From an uncultured archaeon (GTDB lineage: Archaea; Iainarchaeota; Iainarchaeia; Iainarchaeales; CSSED10-239), in NCBI GenBank assembly GCA_964496765.1, contig CAZCAP010000011.1, positions 1 to 25,262 on the forward strand: DNA of 25,262 nucleotides, in the 5' to 3' direction. The notes beneath the pieces were generated by a model. That model was not told the origin of the DNA, made no database searches, and worked only from the letters and a program-made list of their open reading frames with translations. The stretch's first letter is position 1; every line of letters begins with the position of its first letter. This document shows positions 1-9,270 of the stretch, piece by piece. The position numbers were made by a program, and so were the translations under genes.

Positions 1-83
1 ATAGTAGCCACAAGAATAACTAGGATAATAGATATTATTTCTGAGATACCCCTCCTACTTCTAAACAATTTAGTTACACTCAT
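1..83 (-). CDS. 5' end of a pilin-like protein with class III signal peptide (truncated by the window edge)
   Basis: Reverse-strand translation from ATG at 83: MSVTKLFRSRRGISEIISIILVILVAT..., closely matching the N-terminus of the 3724..5232 protein (MNLKKLVKSKRGISEVITIILVILIS). Not in the ORF track because it runs off the edge. Confidence 0.75.
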   Translation of the reverse strand, partial: MSVTKLFRSRRGISEIISIILVILVAT

Positions 84-231
84 TCCTATCCAACAAAATA
101 GTATATTTTTCCCCTATATTATATGGTAATATAAAATATAGAACTATTTAAAAATATTATGATGGAGATAAAAAGCTTGCACGAATTAATAATTGAAAAA
201 TATTTGATTTATTCTTAAAAACACAACATCA

Positions 232-300
232 AAAGTGTTCGATACTAACGAAAGCTTTTGACCAAAAGTGTTCGATACTAACGAAAGCTTTAAATATTAA
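232..300. repeat. 69-bp direct repeat, copy A (exact copy at 1967..2035); contains two ~27-bp units at a 33-bp period
   Basis: aaagtgttcgatactaacgaaagcttttgaccaaaagtgttcgatactaacgaaagctttaaatattaa is identical to 1967-2035. Confidence 0.95.
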
Positions 301-534
301 AATTATTTAGCTTAAAGCTCCTCTGAAGTGGATTATAATCTTCTCAATACAATAGTTAATTTAAGATGTTTTTTAACAAGCTATTGAGAGAAATATTTAT
401 TTTTCTAGCTAACTTAATCTATAGCTATATACTAAATATTTGAAAAGAGCTTAATAATTAAATAGGTCTTACTTTTTGGTGTAAAAGATATCAAAAAGGA
501 TACTTTTTTAAACCTTTTTTAACATAAGTGGTGT

Positions 535-1209
535 ATGAAAGCAATTAAATTATTAGAAATATTAAAGTCCTATCCAACTTTCAAATTAATAGATATACAG
601 AGAATCTTAAACTCCAATAGAAACTATGCAAGAACTGTGATAAACAGATTACTTAAACAAAAATATATTTGGAAGGTTTGTCCAGGTATATATACATCTA
701 ACACAATAATAGAAGAAATATCCTCAAATATAGTATATCCTTCATACATTAGTGGATGGTATGCATCTTATCACAAAGGATATACTGATCAAATAGTGAA
801 TAAGATAAATATATTTACTACAATTAAAAAACACCAAATTAAATTTAATAAGTATACAATAAAATTTATTAAAACCCGATATCTGTTTGGGTATGAAAAA
901 ATAAATAATACTTTTATTGCAGATGATAATAAGTTACTCATAGATGCATTACTTCATCCTAAGGAATTTGGTAATTTTGATGAAATAATTAATTTAGTTT
1001 CAAAAGGAGACTTTAACAAAAATAAAATTATATCTTATCTTAAGATAATTAAGAAACAATCAATTATCAAAAAAGTAGGGTATTTATTGGAAAAATATAA
1101 ACAAATAGATATTAGTTCGGGTTTTAAACTCAATAGTAATTATGTGATTTTAAATTCATTTTTAAAAAAATATAATAATACAAACACCAAATGGAGACTT
1201 AAATTATGA
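535..1209 (+). CDS. AbiEi-like antitoxin / winged-helix transcriptional regulator of a type IV toxin-antitoxin system
   Basis: N-terminal HTH (ILKSYPTFKLIDIQRILNSNRNYARTVINRLLKQKYIWKVCPGIYT), overlaps by ATGA with a downstream AbiEii-type nucleotidyltransferase. Confidence 0.75.
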   Translation: MKAIKLLEILKSYPTFKLIDIQRILNSNRNYARTVINRLLKQKYIWKVCPGIYTSNTIIEEISSNIVYPSYISGWYASYHKGYTDQIVNKINIFTTIKKHQIKFNKYTIKFIKTRYLFGYEKINNTFIADDNKLLIDALLHPKEFGNFDEIINLVSKGDFNKNKIISYLKIIKKQSIIKKVGYLLEKYKQIDISSGFKLNSNYVILNSFLKKYNNTNTKWRLKL

Positions 1210-1946
1210 TTACTAAAGAAGAACTAAAAGAATATTATAATCATTCCCTCTTTAATATTGGACAAGCAGAAAAAGATTATATGCAAAATATTGTGTTGTT
1301 CTGCATATATAGAATATATGCAAATGAGCTTATTTTCAAAGGTGGAACTGCTTTATCAAAATGTTATGGATTAGATAGATTTTCAGAAGACCTTGATTTT
1401 ACTTCTAAAGTTCATTTTAACACAAATAAGTTAAAATCTAAGCTAAAAGCCTTTCAAATAGAGTTTGAACTTGAAGAAAAGGAATTTCAAGAAAAAACAA
1501 CTAAAATCACATTACGAATTTATGGTCCATTATATAATGGGACCAGAAATAGCTTATGCAAAATAATACTAGATATAAGCTATAGGGATAATTTACTTGT
1601 ATCTCCTGAAATTGTAAAGATAATTTCTCAAAGAGAGATACCTTCATTTGATGTTTATGTAATGAACAAAGAAGAAATACTTACTGAGAAATTAAGAGCA
1701 ATAATTATGAGAGATAAAGCAAGAGATGTTTATGATTTATGGTATTTGTTGAAAGCAAAGACAAATATTAATACTAATCTTGTTACAAATAAGTTCTTGT
1801 TTTTCAAAGAGAAGTTTGATATAAAAATATTTAAAAATAGATTATTGGATAAGCAATCAATTTGGGATTCTGAATTATCTGGATTAATATCCAATGTACC
1901 AAATTTCAAAAAGGTTTATAATGAGATTATTGAACAGTTTAAATAA
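1206..1946 (+). CDS. AbiEii/AbiGii-family nucleotidyltransferase toxin
   Basis: Motifs FKGGTALSKCYGLDRFSEDLDF and EKLRAIIMRDKARDVYDLWYL, characteristic of the AbiEii family. Confidence 0.9.
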   Translation: MITKEELKEYYNHSLFNIGQAEKDYMQNIVLFCIYRIYANELIFKGGTALSKCYGLDRFSEDLDFTSKVHFNTNKLKSKLKAFQIEFELEEKEFQEKTTKITLRIYGPLYNGTRNSLCKIILDISYRDNLLVSPEIVKIISQREIPSFDVYVMNKEEILTEKLRAIIMRDKARDVYDLWYLLKAKTNINTNLVTNKFLFFKEKFDIKIFKNRLLDKQSIWDSELSGLISNVPNFKKVYNEIIEQFK

Positions 1947-1966
1947 ATTATTAAAAGTAGGAACTC

Positions 1967-2035
1967 AAAGTGTTCGATACTAACGAAAGCTTTTGACCAA
2001 AAGTGTTCGATACTAACGAAAGCTTTAAATATTAA
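1967..2035. repeat. 69-bp direct repeat, copy B
   Basis: Identical to 232-300; ends 26 nt before the ATG of the ATPase gene. Confidence 0.95.
2024..2031 (+). promoter_or_regulatory. Candidate TATA box (tttaaata) preceded by a purine-rich BRE-like cgaaag, inside repeat copy B
   Basis: Spacing to ATG 2062 is about 30 nt, compatible with an archaeal leaderless or short-leader transcript. Confidence 0.45.
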
Positions 2036-2061
2036 TCTAATCATTATATTTATGATAATAT

Positions 2062-3333
2062 ATGATAACAAAGGAAGAATTAAAGAAAATAATTCAAGAT
2101 CAAAAGGAAAGTTTTAATAATAACCAGACATACATAACTAGAAATATATCACTTGATGAATATATAAAGACAGATCCAATTATAATTATAAGTGGAGTTA
2201 GAAGGTGTGGTAAATCTACACTTCTAAAAATTATAAAAGAAAAAATAATTAAAAATAATAAAAATATTAATTACTTATATTGCGATTTCTCTGATGAAAG
2301 ACTTAGCAGTTTAACAGTTTCAAATTTACAAACAATCTACGAAATATTTTTAGAAAAATATGAACCAGGAAAAAAATATTTCTTTTTTGATGAAATCCAG
2401 TATGTAACTGGTTGGGAAAAATTCGTAAATAGATTATATGAAAAAGAAAACGCAAAAATATTCATTACTGGATCAAATGGATCTTTACTTAGTTCAGAAA
2501 TCTCTACCGTTTTAACCGGAAGAAACAAAGTAATAGAACTTTATCCTTTCTCATTTAAAGAATATATAACCACAAAAAAAGAAGTAATAGACATAAAAAA
2601 CTTATCAACTAAAGAAACCATTAAATTAAATAAATATTTTGATAATTATTTCAAGATAGGTGGATTCCCATATGTAGTAAACACTGGTGACACTCAAATA
2701 TTAAAAGAATATTATACAAATATAATTTATAAAGATATAATTAACAGAAAGAAAATAAGACAAGTAAAAGAAATAAAGGAAATAATTTCATTTCTATCAA
2801 ATAATATAGGGCAAACTGTATCATATAATAAAATAATAGATAACTCAAAAATTAAAAGTACAAGTACAATTAAAAACTATATAGATTATCTTAATGAAGC
2901 GTACATTTTATTCACTTTACCTAAATATGATAAATCAATTAGAAAACAAATACAAAATCCAAAAAAAGTATATTTTATTGATATAGGAATGGTAAGACAA
3001 ATAAGTGTTAATTTTTCAGAAAATAATGGATGGTACCTTGAAAATATAGTATTTTTAGAATTATTAAGAAGAAATAAAGAAATATATTATCATAAAAATG
3101 GAAAAGAATGTGATTTTATAATGAAAGAAGGTACAAAGATTAAAGAAGCTATACAAGTATCCTATGAAATAAATAGAAAAAATGAAGACAGAGAAATTGA
3201 AGGATTAATTAGTGCATTAAAAACACATTGTCTTAAAGAAGGGACAATTATAACAAAAGAGCAAGAAGAAATAAGAACAATAGGCAAATATAAAATTAAA
3301 ATAATTCCAATAACCAAGTGGTTATTAGAATAA
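2062..3333 (+). CDS. AAA ATPase with C-terminal DUF4143
   Basis: Walker A GVRRCGKSTLLK, Walker B YFFFDEIQ, C-terminal YFIDIGMVRQI ... WYLENIVFLELLRR ... KECDFIM ... AIQVSYE. Confidence 0.9.
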   Translation: MITKEELKKIIQDQKESFNNNQTYITRNISLDEYIKTDPIIIISGVRRCGKSTLLKIIKEKIIKNNKNINYLYCDFSDERLSSLTVSNLQTIYEIFLEKYEPGKKYFFFDEIQYVTGWEKFVNRLYEKENAKIFITGSNGSLLSSEISTVLTGRNKVIELYPFSFKEYITTKKEVIDIKNLSTKETIKLNKYFDNYFKIGGFPYVVNTGDTQILKEYYTNIIYKDIINRKKIRQVKEIKEIISFLSNNIGQTVSYNKIIDNSKIKSTSTIKNYIDYLNEAYILFTLPKYDKSIRKQIQNPKKVYFIDIGMVRQISVNFSENNGWYLENIVFLELLRRNKEIYYHKNGKECDFIMKEGTKIKEAIQVSYEINRKNEDREIEGLISALKTHCLKEGTIITKEQEEIRTIGKYKIKIIPITKWLLE

Positions 3334-3512
3334 TATTCATTGTTTTAACTTAAAGGTTAAGTCACCCCTGGCAGAAGGTTATTTCTTCAATGTAATTAAG
3401 AAATGCACCTACTTTTTAACATTGGAATTGACAAAAATATTTTTAAACACAACCAATATATTGGTTATATAAAATACTTATAAACTTAACCAACACATAT
3501 AATTATTTATAT

Positions 3513-3577
3513 ACCTAAAATGATTGTTATTACTTCAGAAATCCCCTATTATTTTTAAATAATTTAGTTATACTCAT
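3513..3577 (-). pseudogene. Remnant of a pilin 5' end (frameshifted class III signal peptide)
   Basis: From ATG at 3577: MSITKLFKNNRG, then in the +1-shifted frame ISEVITIILGI-stop; compare MSVTKLFRSRRGISEIISIILVI at 1..83. Confidence 0.75.
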
Positions 3578-3723
3578 TCATATCCAGTAAAGTAGTTATA
3601 TATTCCCCTATATTATATGTTAATATAAAACATAGAACTATTAAAAATATTATGATAGGGGAAATTAAAAATAAAATTTATTAACACACTATATTTAGAA
3701 AATAAGAGATTGAATAGATGTTT

Positions 3724-5232
3724 TTAAAAAGATCTAACACATCTTATCCGCATGTTTTCAATTTTATTATAAAAATTAATTTCATCAGCATAAAAAACCC
3801 AATTATAATGATACAGATTGCTATATTCTGAAGATGTTGCATAATATCCAAGATTAGTAAACCCACCAATGGCAGCTCTATTTAAATAAAATTGGCGGAA
3901 TTCATATAAACTTGGTAAATACCAATCAGTATATCCATTTAAACTCAGATTATCACAAGTTCTTGCAGCAATTCCAGCAGTAGCACAACCATTTAAAATA
4001 TCTGTTGTATTTTGTTGCCCGGTTCCAATTGCTGTTCCATCTGCACCACTTAAAGCTGTTCCGCTACAACCCCATGGAGATTGAGTTTGATCGCTTGTTG
4101 GAGCTATTAAACCATGTTGTACTCCTGCATTATAACCAGCATCACCGGATTGTAAAATATAGGCAATAATTCCACCCTGGTAACTCATACCAATGGAAAG
4201 AGGAGTTATAGTATATGTTCCAGTGTATACAGAACTATTCGTATATCCACTCTTTGTAGCTATTGCTTTCAATGTTGTTGTTGAACCAATACTTATTGGA
4301 GAGGAATAAACTGAACTTCCTGTTGTTGGTGTACTTCCATCTGTTGTATAATAAATTGTTGAACCAGAAGTTGTTGAACTTAAGGTTACACTTTGAGCAG
4401 TTGTAAATGCACCTGCTTCGAGTGAAGCAACAGGAGTTGATAATTGATGTGTAACAACATAGGTTGCAGTATATACAGGACTTGGTGCATAACCAGGCTT
4501 AACTGCAATTGTTTTAATAGTTGTTGTTGAGTCTTCTGGAAGAGAGATTAAATCTCCAGAATACACACTACTTTCAGTGGTTGGTGTTGAGCCATCGGTT
4601 GTGTAATAAATGGTTGCACCATCTGGTGAAGATAAAACAAGATCTTGAGATTCATAATAATTATCTTCTGTTAAAGAAAAAATAGGATAGGAAACAACAG
4701 GAACTTCTCCTGAACAACCAGATAAGCTTATTGCTTGATTAGGACAAGTTTTATTTGTTAAAATCATACTTTCTATTTGATCAAAATCTAAAGATGCAAC
4801 AACATAATTTTCCTTAATAACATCAAATGAATCAAGAGTTGTATTTAATTCTTTAAACTCTCCTCTCTTAACCACATCATCAAAATAACCAACATAGGTA
4901 ATATCTTCTCCAGTAAATGTTTTTGATTTAACAGATAAAGTAAATCCACCATAATCTAAAGAAGTGCTATTAATTAGATTTATTGAAAATTCTTTAGTAC
5001 CAGTATTAATTGAACAGGATTCAACCTTAAGATTACTGTTTGCACAATCAAGCTCACTTCCCTTTGTAAAAGCACGACTTGCATTAGAAGAAGTATCTAA
5101 ACTCTTTTTAGTTATGTTTTTTCCATAGGCTAAAAAAGTTGCGATTAGAATAACACTAATAAGTATGACTAGGATGATTGTAATAACTTCCGAGATCCCC
5201 CTCTTACTCTTAACTAGTTTTTTTAGATTCAT
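3724..5232 (-). CDS. Pilin-like surface protein: class III signal peptide/TM, two CHB_HEX_C-like repeats, C-terminal DUF1566/Lcl-like (C-type-lectin-type) domain
   Basis: N-term MNLKKLVKSKRGISEVITIILVILISVILIATFLAYGKN; repeats GSTIYYTTDGSTPTT...; C-term GGIIAYIL...NGYTDWYLPSLYEFRQFY...GYYATSSEYSN...RIRCVRSF. Confidence 0.8.
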   Translation of the reverse strand: MNLKKLVKSKRGISEVITIILVILISVILIATFLAYGKNITKKSLDTSSNASRAFTKGSELDCANSNLKVESCSINTGTKEFSINLINSTSLDYGGFTLSVKSKTFTGEDITYVGYFDDVVKRGEFKELNTTLDSFDVIKENYVVASLDFDQIESMILTNKTCPNQAISLSGCSGEVPVVSYPIFSLTEDNYYESQDLVLSSPDGATIYYTTDGSTPTTESSVYSGDLISLPEDSTTTIKTIAVKPGYAPSPVYTATYVVTHQLSTPVASLEAGAFTTAQSVTLSSTTSGSTIYYTTDGSTPTTGSSVYSSPISIGSTTTLKAIATKSGYTNSSVYTGTYTITPLSIGMSYQGGIIAYILQSGDAGYNAGVQHGLIAPTSDQTQSPWGCSGTALSGADGTAIGTGQQNTTDILNGCATAGIAARTCDNLSLNGYTDWYLPSLYEFRQFYLNRAAIGGFTNLGYYATSSEYSNLYHYNWVFYADEINFYNKIENMRIRCVRSF

Positions 5233-6059
5233 TCATTATTCATTAGTATTTTATATTTATTATAAAATATATATTATCTATTAAAATAAAACATAGAAGT
5301 ATTTAAAAATATTTGGATGAATTAAAATTTTAAAAAAATAATATAATCTATGGATTAATCAATTTTATTCATAAACAATCGTTTAAATAAATAGACACTA
5401 AATTTAAAAACTAAAAAAAATTAATTAAGATAATCTAAAATGGGTTTTATGATTATCCTGTGCTAGGTGGTACAACAGTTATAGATTGTAATTCCAAGAC
5501 ACCAGAACCAGAACCATAGAAATAAGGACTAACTCCACCATATGATCCAGCCCATTGATTAACCCAAGTTACATTTCCACTTGCATATGGGAATGGTGGA
5601 CGACTACCATAACCATCAGCTAAACAATGAAATGATGCACCTCCATTATCTACACCCACACAATAGGTTGTATTCGGACTAAGCACATAATTAATATTCA
5701 CTTCTGTTGTATTGGTAATTGGAGCAGATGCTAAATTTGGACCAGTACAAGAACCAGCACGTAGGAATCCATGAGTAGGCGATGTTCCCCATTGATTACT
5801 TGCAATCTTAATCTGAGTTATCTTTAATGTTTCACTACTTGTAGTAAAAGTGTCACCACATTCTTGGACCCCCAGTGCACCTCCATTAACACTTGGCCAA
5901 TATGGATTTGTTCCTCTCATTTCTTGTACAACCGGTGTTCCCCAGTCCTGCTGAACACAATATAATGCACATGAAAAACCACATACTCCTCCAGCCATAT
6001 TCCATAACCAACCACCTTCTTTGTGATCTAAACAATCTAGTGAACCTAATATACCAGAT

Positions 6060-6435
6060 GTACTTGATGTCCAACTATTACAATTAAATCCAGAATATGA
6101 TCCGCCAGTTAGATTATCACCTGTACAAACATATCCTGTTTGAGTAGTTCCTGTTTCAGTAATACTAAAGTTTGCTTTTAGATTTCCATAGGTGTGCCCT
6201 GTCCAGAAATCAGCCCAATTATCAGCAATGGTAACTCCATCTAATCTTTTATATGGCACTGATGAATGTGAAAATCTAGAGGTTACTGAAGTTGATTCAC
6301 TGCTCAACCATGCCTTATATGCACCAGGTAATCCAGCAGCCGTTGCTGCTGCTTGACACTTTGCATCAGCTCCAGCCAATCCACCAAGGGTTGCACCAGT
6401 CCATTTGGATGCAGTAACAAACACATATTTAGAGC
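6060..6435 (-). other. DUF1554-like domain inside the giant ORF
   Basis: YVFVTASKWTGATLGGLAGADAKCQAAATAAGLPGAYKAWLSSESTSVTSRF...YKRLDGVTIADNWADF. Confidence 0.65.
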
Positions 6436-6474
6436 TTGCAGTATCTGTAAATAAAGGATACTTAATTATTACTA

Positions 6475-7135
6475 TACCTGAACCACCATTAGCTCCTCCT
6501 GTTCCACCATATCTACTACCACCAGCACCACCACCACCAGTGTTTGCTACACCAGCATAGGCAGTCAAAGTTACTGAATCATGATTACCTCCACCACCAG
6601 TACCACCTGGATAAACAGCAGATCCATAATAATAAGATCCTGCACCACCACCAGCAAACCAACCTGCTGGAGACCCACCTACACTTGAAAATTGAGAATA
6701 TTGTAATCCATCTCCACCAGTAAATGGTCCATCAGTCATACCAGCTTCTGAAGCACCACCACCACCACCGCCATAAACACCGCTACCATATGAACCAGCA
6801 TATCCTTGTCCAGATACTCCACTTCCACCAGAACTTTGTGCAGAGCTTCCATCAGCTGCTCCTCCACCTCCACCAGAACCACCAGCACTACCAGGCATAT
6901 AACTCCCACCTCCACCAGCACCACCACCAATTGCAGTTAAAGTTCCGAAAATACTATTACCACCATTTGTTCCAGGACCAGCAGTATAATATGGAGTAGA
7001 CCCAATACCACCAGCACCAACAGTAACTGGATAGGCCTGAGCACTTACAGCAACGTAATCATACAATAATCCTCCGGCTCCTCCACCACCACCTCTGTGT
7101 CCTGATCCTCCGCCTCCACCACCAGCAACAACTAA
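6475..7135 (-). other. Glycine-rich adhesin-like domain inside the giant ORF
   Basis: ALVVAGGGGGGSGHRGGGGGAGGLLYDYVAVSAQAYPVTVGAGGIG ... GGTGGANGGSGIVIIKYP. Confidence 0.8.
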
Positions 7136-7189
7136 TGCCTCAACAGCACCAGAGAAGGTTGGGGTGAATGTTCCATTTGATGTAAATGT

Positions 7190-9270
7190 ACTAATACAAT
7201 AATTTCCACTTACTGTTATTGTTCCTCCAGTAGCAGGACAAACTTTATAGGTTCCTGAATAAACACCACTATTTGCATACCCACTTTTAACAGCTATTGC
7301 TTTCAAGGTTGTAGTTGCATTTAATGTGATTGCTCCAGAATATAATGTACTCCCTGTTGTTGGAGTATCTCCATTAGTAGTATAATAAATTGTTGAACCT
7401 GCTTCTCCTGATAGAGTTATGTTTTGTGGAGTTGAATAATCACCAGCAACTGGTGAAGTTGTTGGTGTTGATAAAGTGTGTGTGACTGTAAAGGTACCTG
7501 AATAAACTTCACTATCTGCATATCCATTCTTTACAGAATATGCTTTTATTGTTGTTGTTGTATCAAGTGGAACAGAGATTGCTCCTGAATATAATGTACT
7601 TCCTGTGGTTGGTGTACTTCCATTAGTAGTATAATAAATTGTTGAACCTACTTCTCCAGATAAAGTCACACTTTGAGCAGAAGTGAATGAGCCAGCGGAA
7701 GGTGATGCAACAGGAGTTGATAACTGATGTGTGGTTGTGTAAACTCCACCAGAATATACTGCACTATCTCCATAACCTTCTTTAACTGAGAATGCTTTAA
7801 GTGTTATTGTTGTGTCTCCAGGAACAGAAATTCCTGTTGAATAAACAGAACTTCCAGTAGTTGGATCAGAACCATCAGTTGTATAATATGTTGTTGAACC
7901 TTCTTCAGTTGATAATGTAATTGTTTGAGCTGAAGTGAAATTTCCTGCAGCAGGAGAAGCACTTGGAGTTGCAAGAGTGTGAGTGATTGTAAATGTTCCT
8001 GAATATATAGGACTATCCCCATAACCACTCTTAACTGCTAATGCTTTAATATTCATGATTGTATCAATAGGAACATTAATTGCACTTGAATAAACTGAAC
8101 TTTCTGTGGTTGGATCTGAACCATCAGTAGTGTAATAAATTGTTGAACCTGCTTCTCCAGATAAGGTTACATCTTGAGCAGCATAAACAAAAGTACCAGC
8201 AACAGGAGATGCAACAGGAGTTGCAAGTATATGGGTTGTAGTAAAGTCACCAGAATAGATAGCACTATCTCCATAACCACTCTTAACTGAAAGAGCTTTA
8301 ATTGTCATACTTGAATCTATTGGAATTGAAATTGGGTCAGAATAAACATCATCAGTTATTGTTGGATCTATCCCATTAGTAGTATAATAAATTGTTGAAC
8401 CCTCTTCTCCAGATAAAGTTACATTTTGAGCAGATGTGTGTGCCCCAGCAACAGGAGATGCTGTTGGGGTTGCAAGAGTGTGGGTGATTGTGTAAACTCC
8501 TGAATAAACAGAACTATCTCCATACCCACTCTTTACTAGGATTGCTTTTATTGTCATTACTGTATCTATTGGGATATTAATTGGATCAGAATAAATATTA
8601 TCAGCAGTTGTTGGATCTGAACCATTAGTAGTATAATAAATTGTTGAGCCTTCTTCTCCAGATAAAGTTATATTCTGTGTTGTTGTAAATTAACCTGGTT
8701 CTGGTGATGCAGTAATTGTTGATAATTGGTGAGTAATTGTATATGTTCCACTAAACACTTCACTATCTGCATATCCATCTTTAACGGAGAACGCATTTAT
8801 GGTTGTAGTTGTATCTGTAGAAAGAGTAATAGGATCTAAATAAACAGAGCTTGCGATTGTAGGAGTTGAACCATTAGTAGTATAATAAATTGTTGAACCA
8901 CTCTCTGATGATAAACTAATACTTTGAGAGGAACTATAGGATCCAGGAGCAGGAATTGATTCTGGAGTAGTTAACTGATGAGTGACCACATAGGTTTCAC
9001 TAACCACTGGACTTGGTGCAAATCCTGGTTTAACTGCAATTGTTTTTACAACAGTTGTTGAATCTTCTGGAAGAATAAATGATCCTGAATAAACCAGACT
9101 ATCAATGGTTGGATCTGTTCCATCAATTGTATAATAAATCACTGCATCTGGATCAGCAGAAATAACAACATCCTGAGAAGCAGAATAGGTATCTCCAGGA
9201 AGTGAGAAAAGAGGTTCTGGAGTGTAATCAACAGTAAATGTACAAAAAGATAAATCAACAACAGAATTTG
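7190..9270 (-). repeat. Eight tandem ~83-84-aa (~250 bp) CHB_HEX_C-like repeats encoded in the adhesin ORF
   Basis: Recurring block A/TSP.AG....QN.TLSGE.GSTIYYTT(N/D)G..PTT..S.YS..I......T.KA..VK.GY.DS.VYSG.....TH.L.TP. Confidence 0.9.

Noticed and set aside
232-300. Possible CRISPR array from the 27-bp units
   Set aside because: Only two units per site, with a 6-nt spacer identical at both sites; no cas genes. It looks like a tandem binding site.
366-443. 25-aa ORF MFFNKLLREIFIFLANLIYSYILNI before abiEi as a small toxin
   Set aside because: Too short to support in AT-rich sequence; hydrophobic composition is expected by chance. Left as noncoding/structured region.
1206-2085. AbiEii and the ATPase both begin MITKEELK, suggesting duplicated 5' ends
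   Set aside because: The nucleotide sequences differ at synonymous positions, and this kind of start is common in both families; likely coincidence.
6724-6999. Plus-strand His-rich ORF MVHQSYQLLKHHHHHRHKH...
   Set aside because: Antisense shadow of the Gly-rich coding region (GGN codons read as His/Pro-type codons).
7804-8028. Leu/Gln-rich minus-strand ORF MVMGIVLYIQEHLQ..., and similar alternate-frame ORFs at 6736..6930 and 5886..6074
   Set aside because: Out-of-frame products of the repetitive adhesin sequence.
8557-8557. Track start of the 1034-aa ORF as a real gene start
   Set aside because: It lies in the middle of a repeat, lacks a signal peptide and merely reflects the first ATG after the in-frame TAA.
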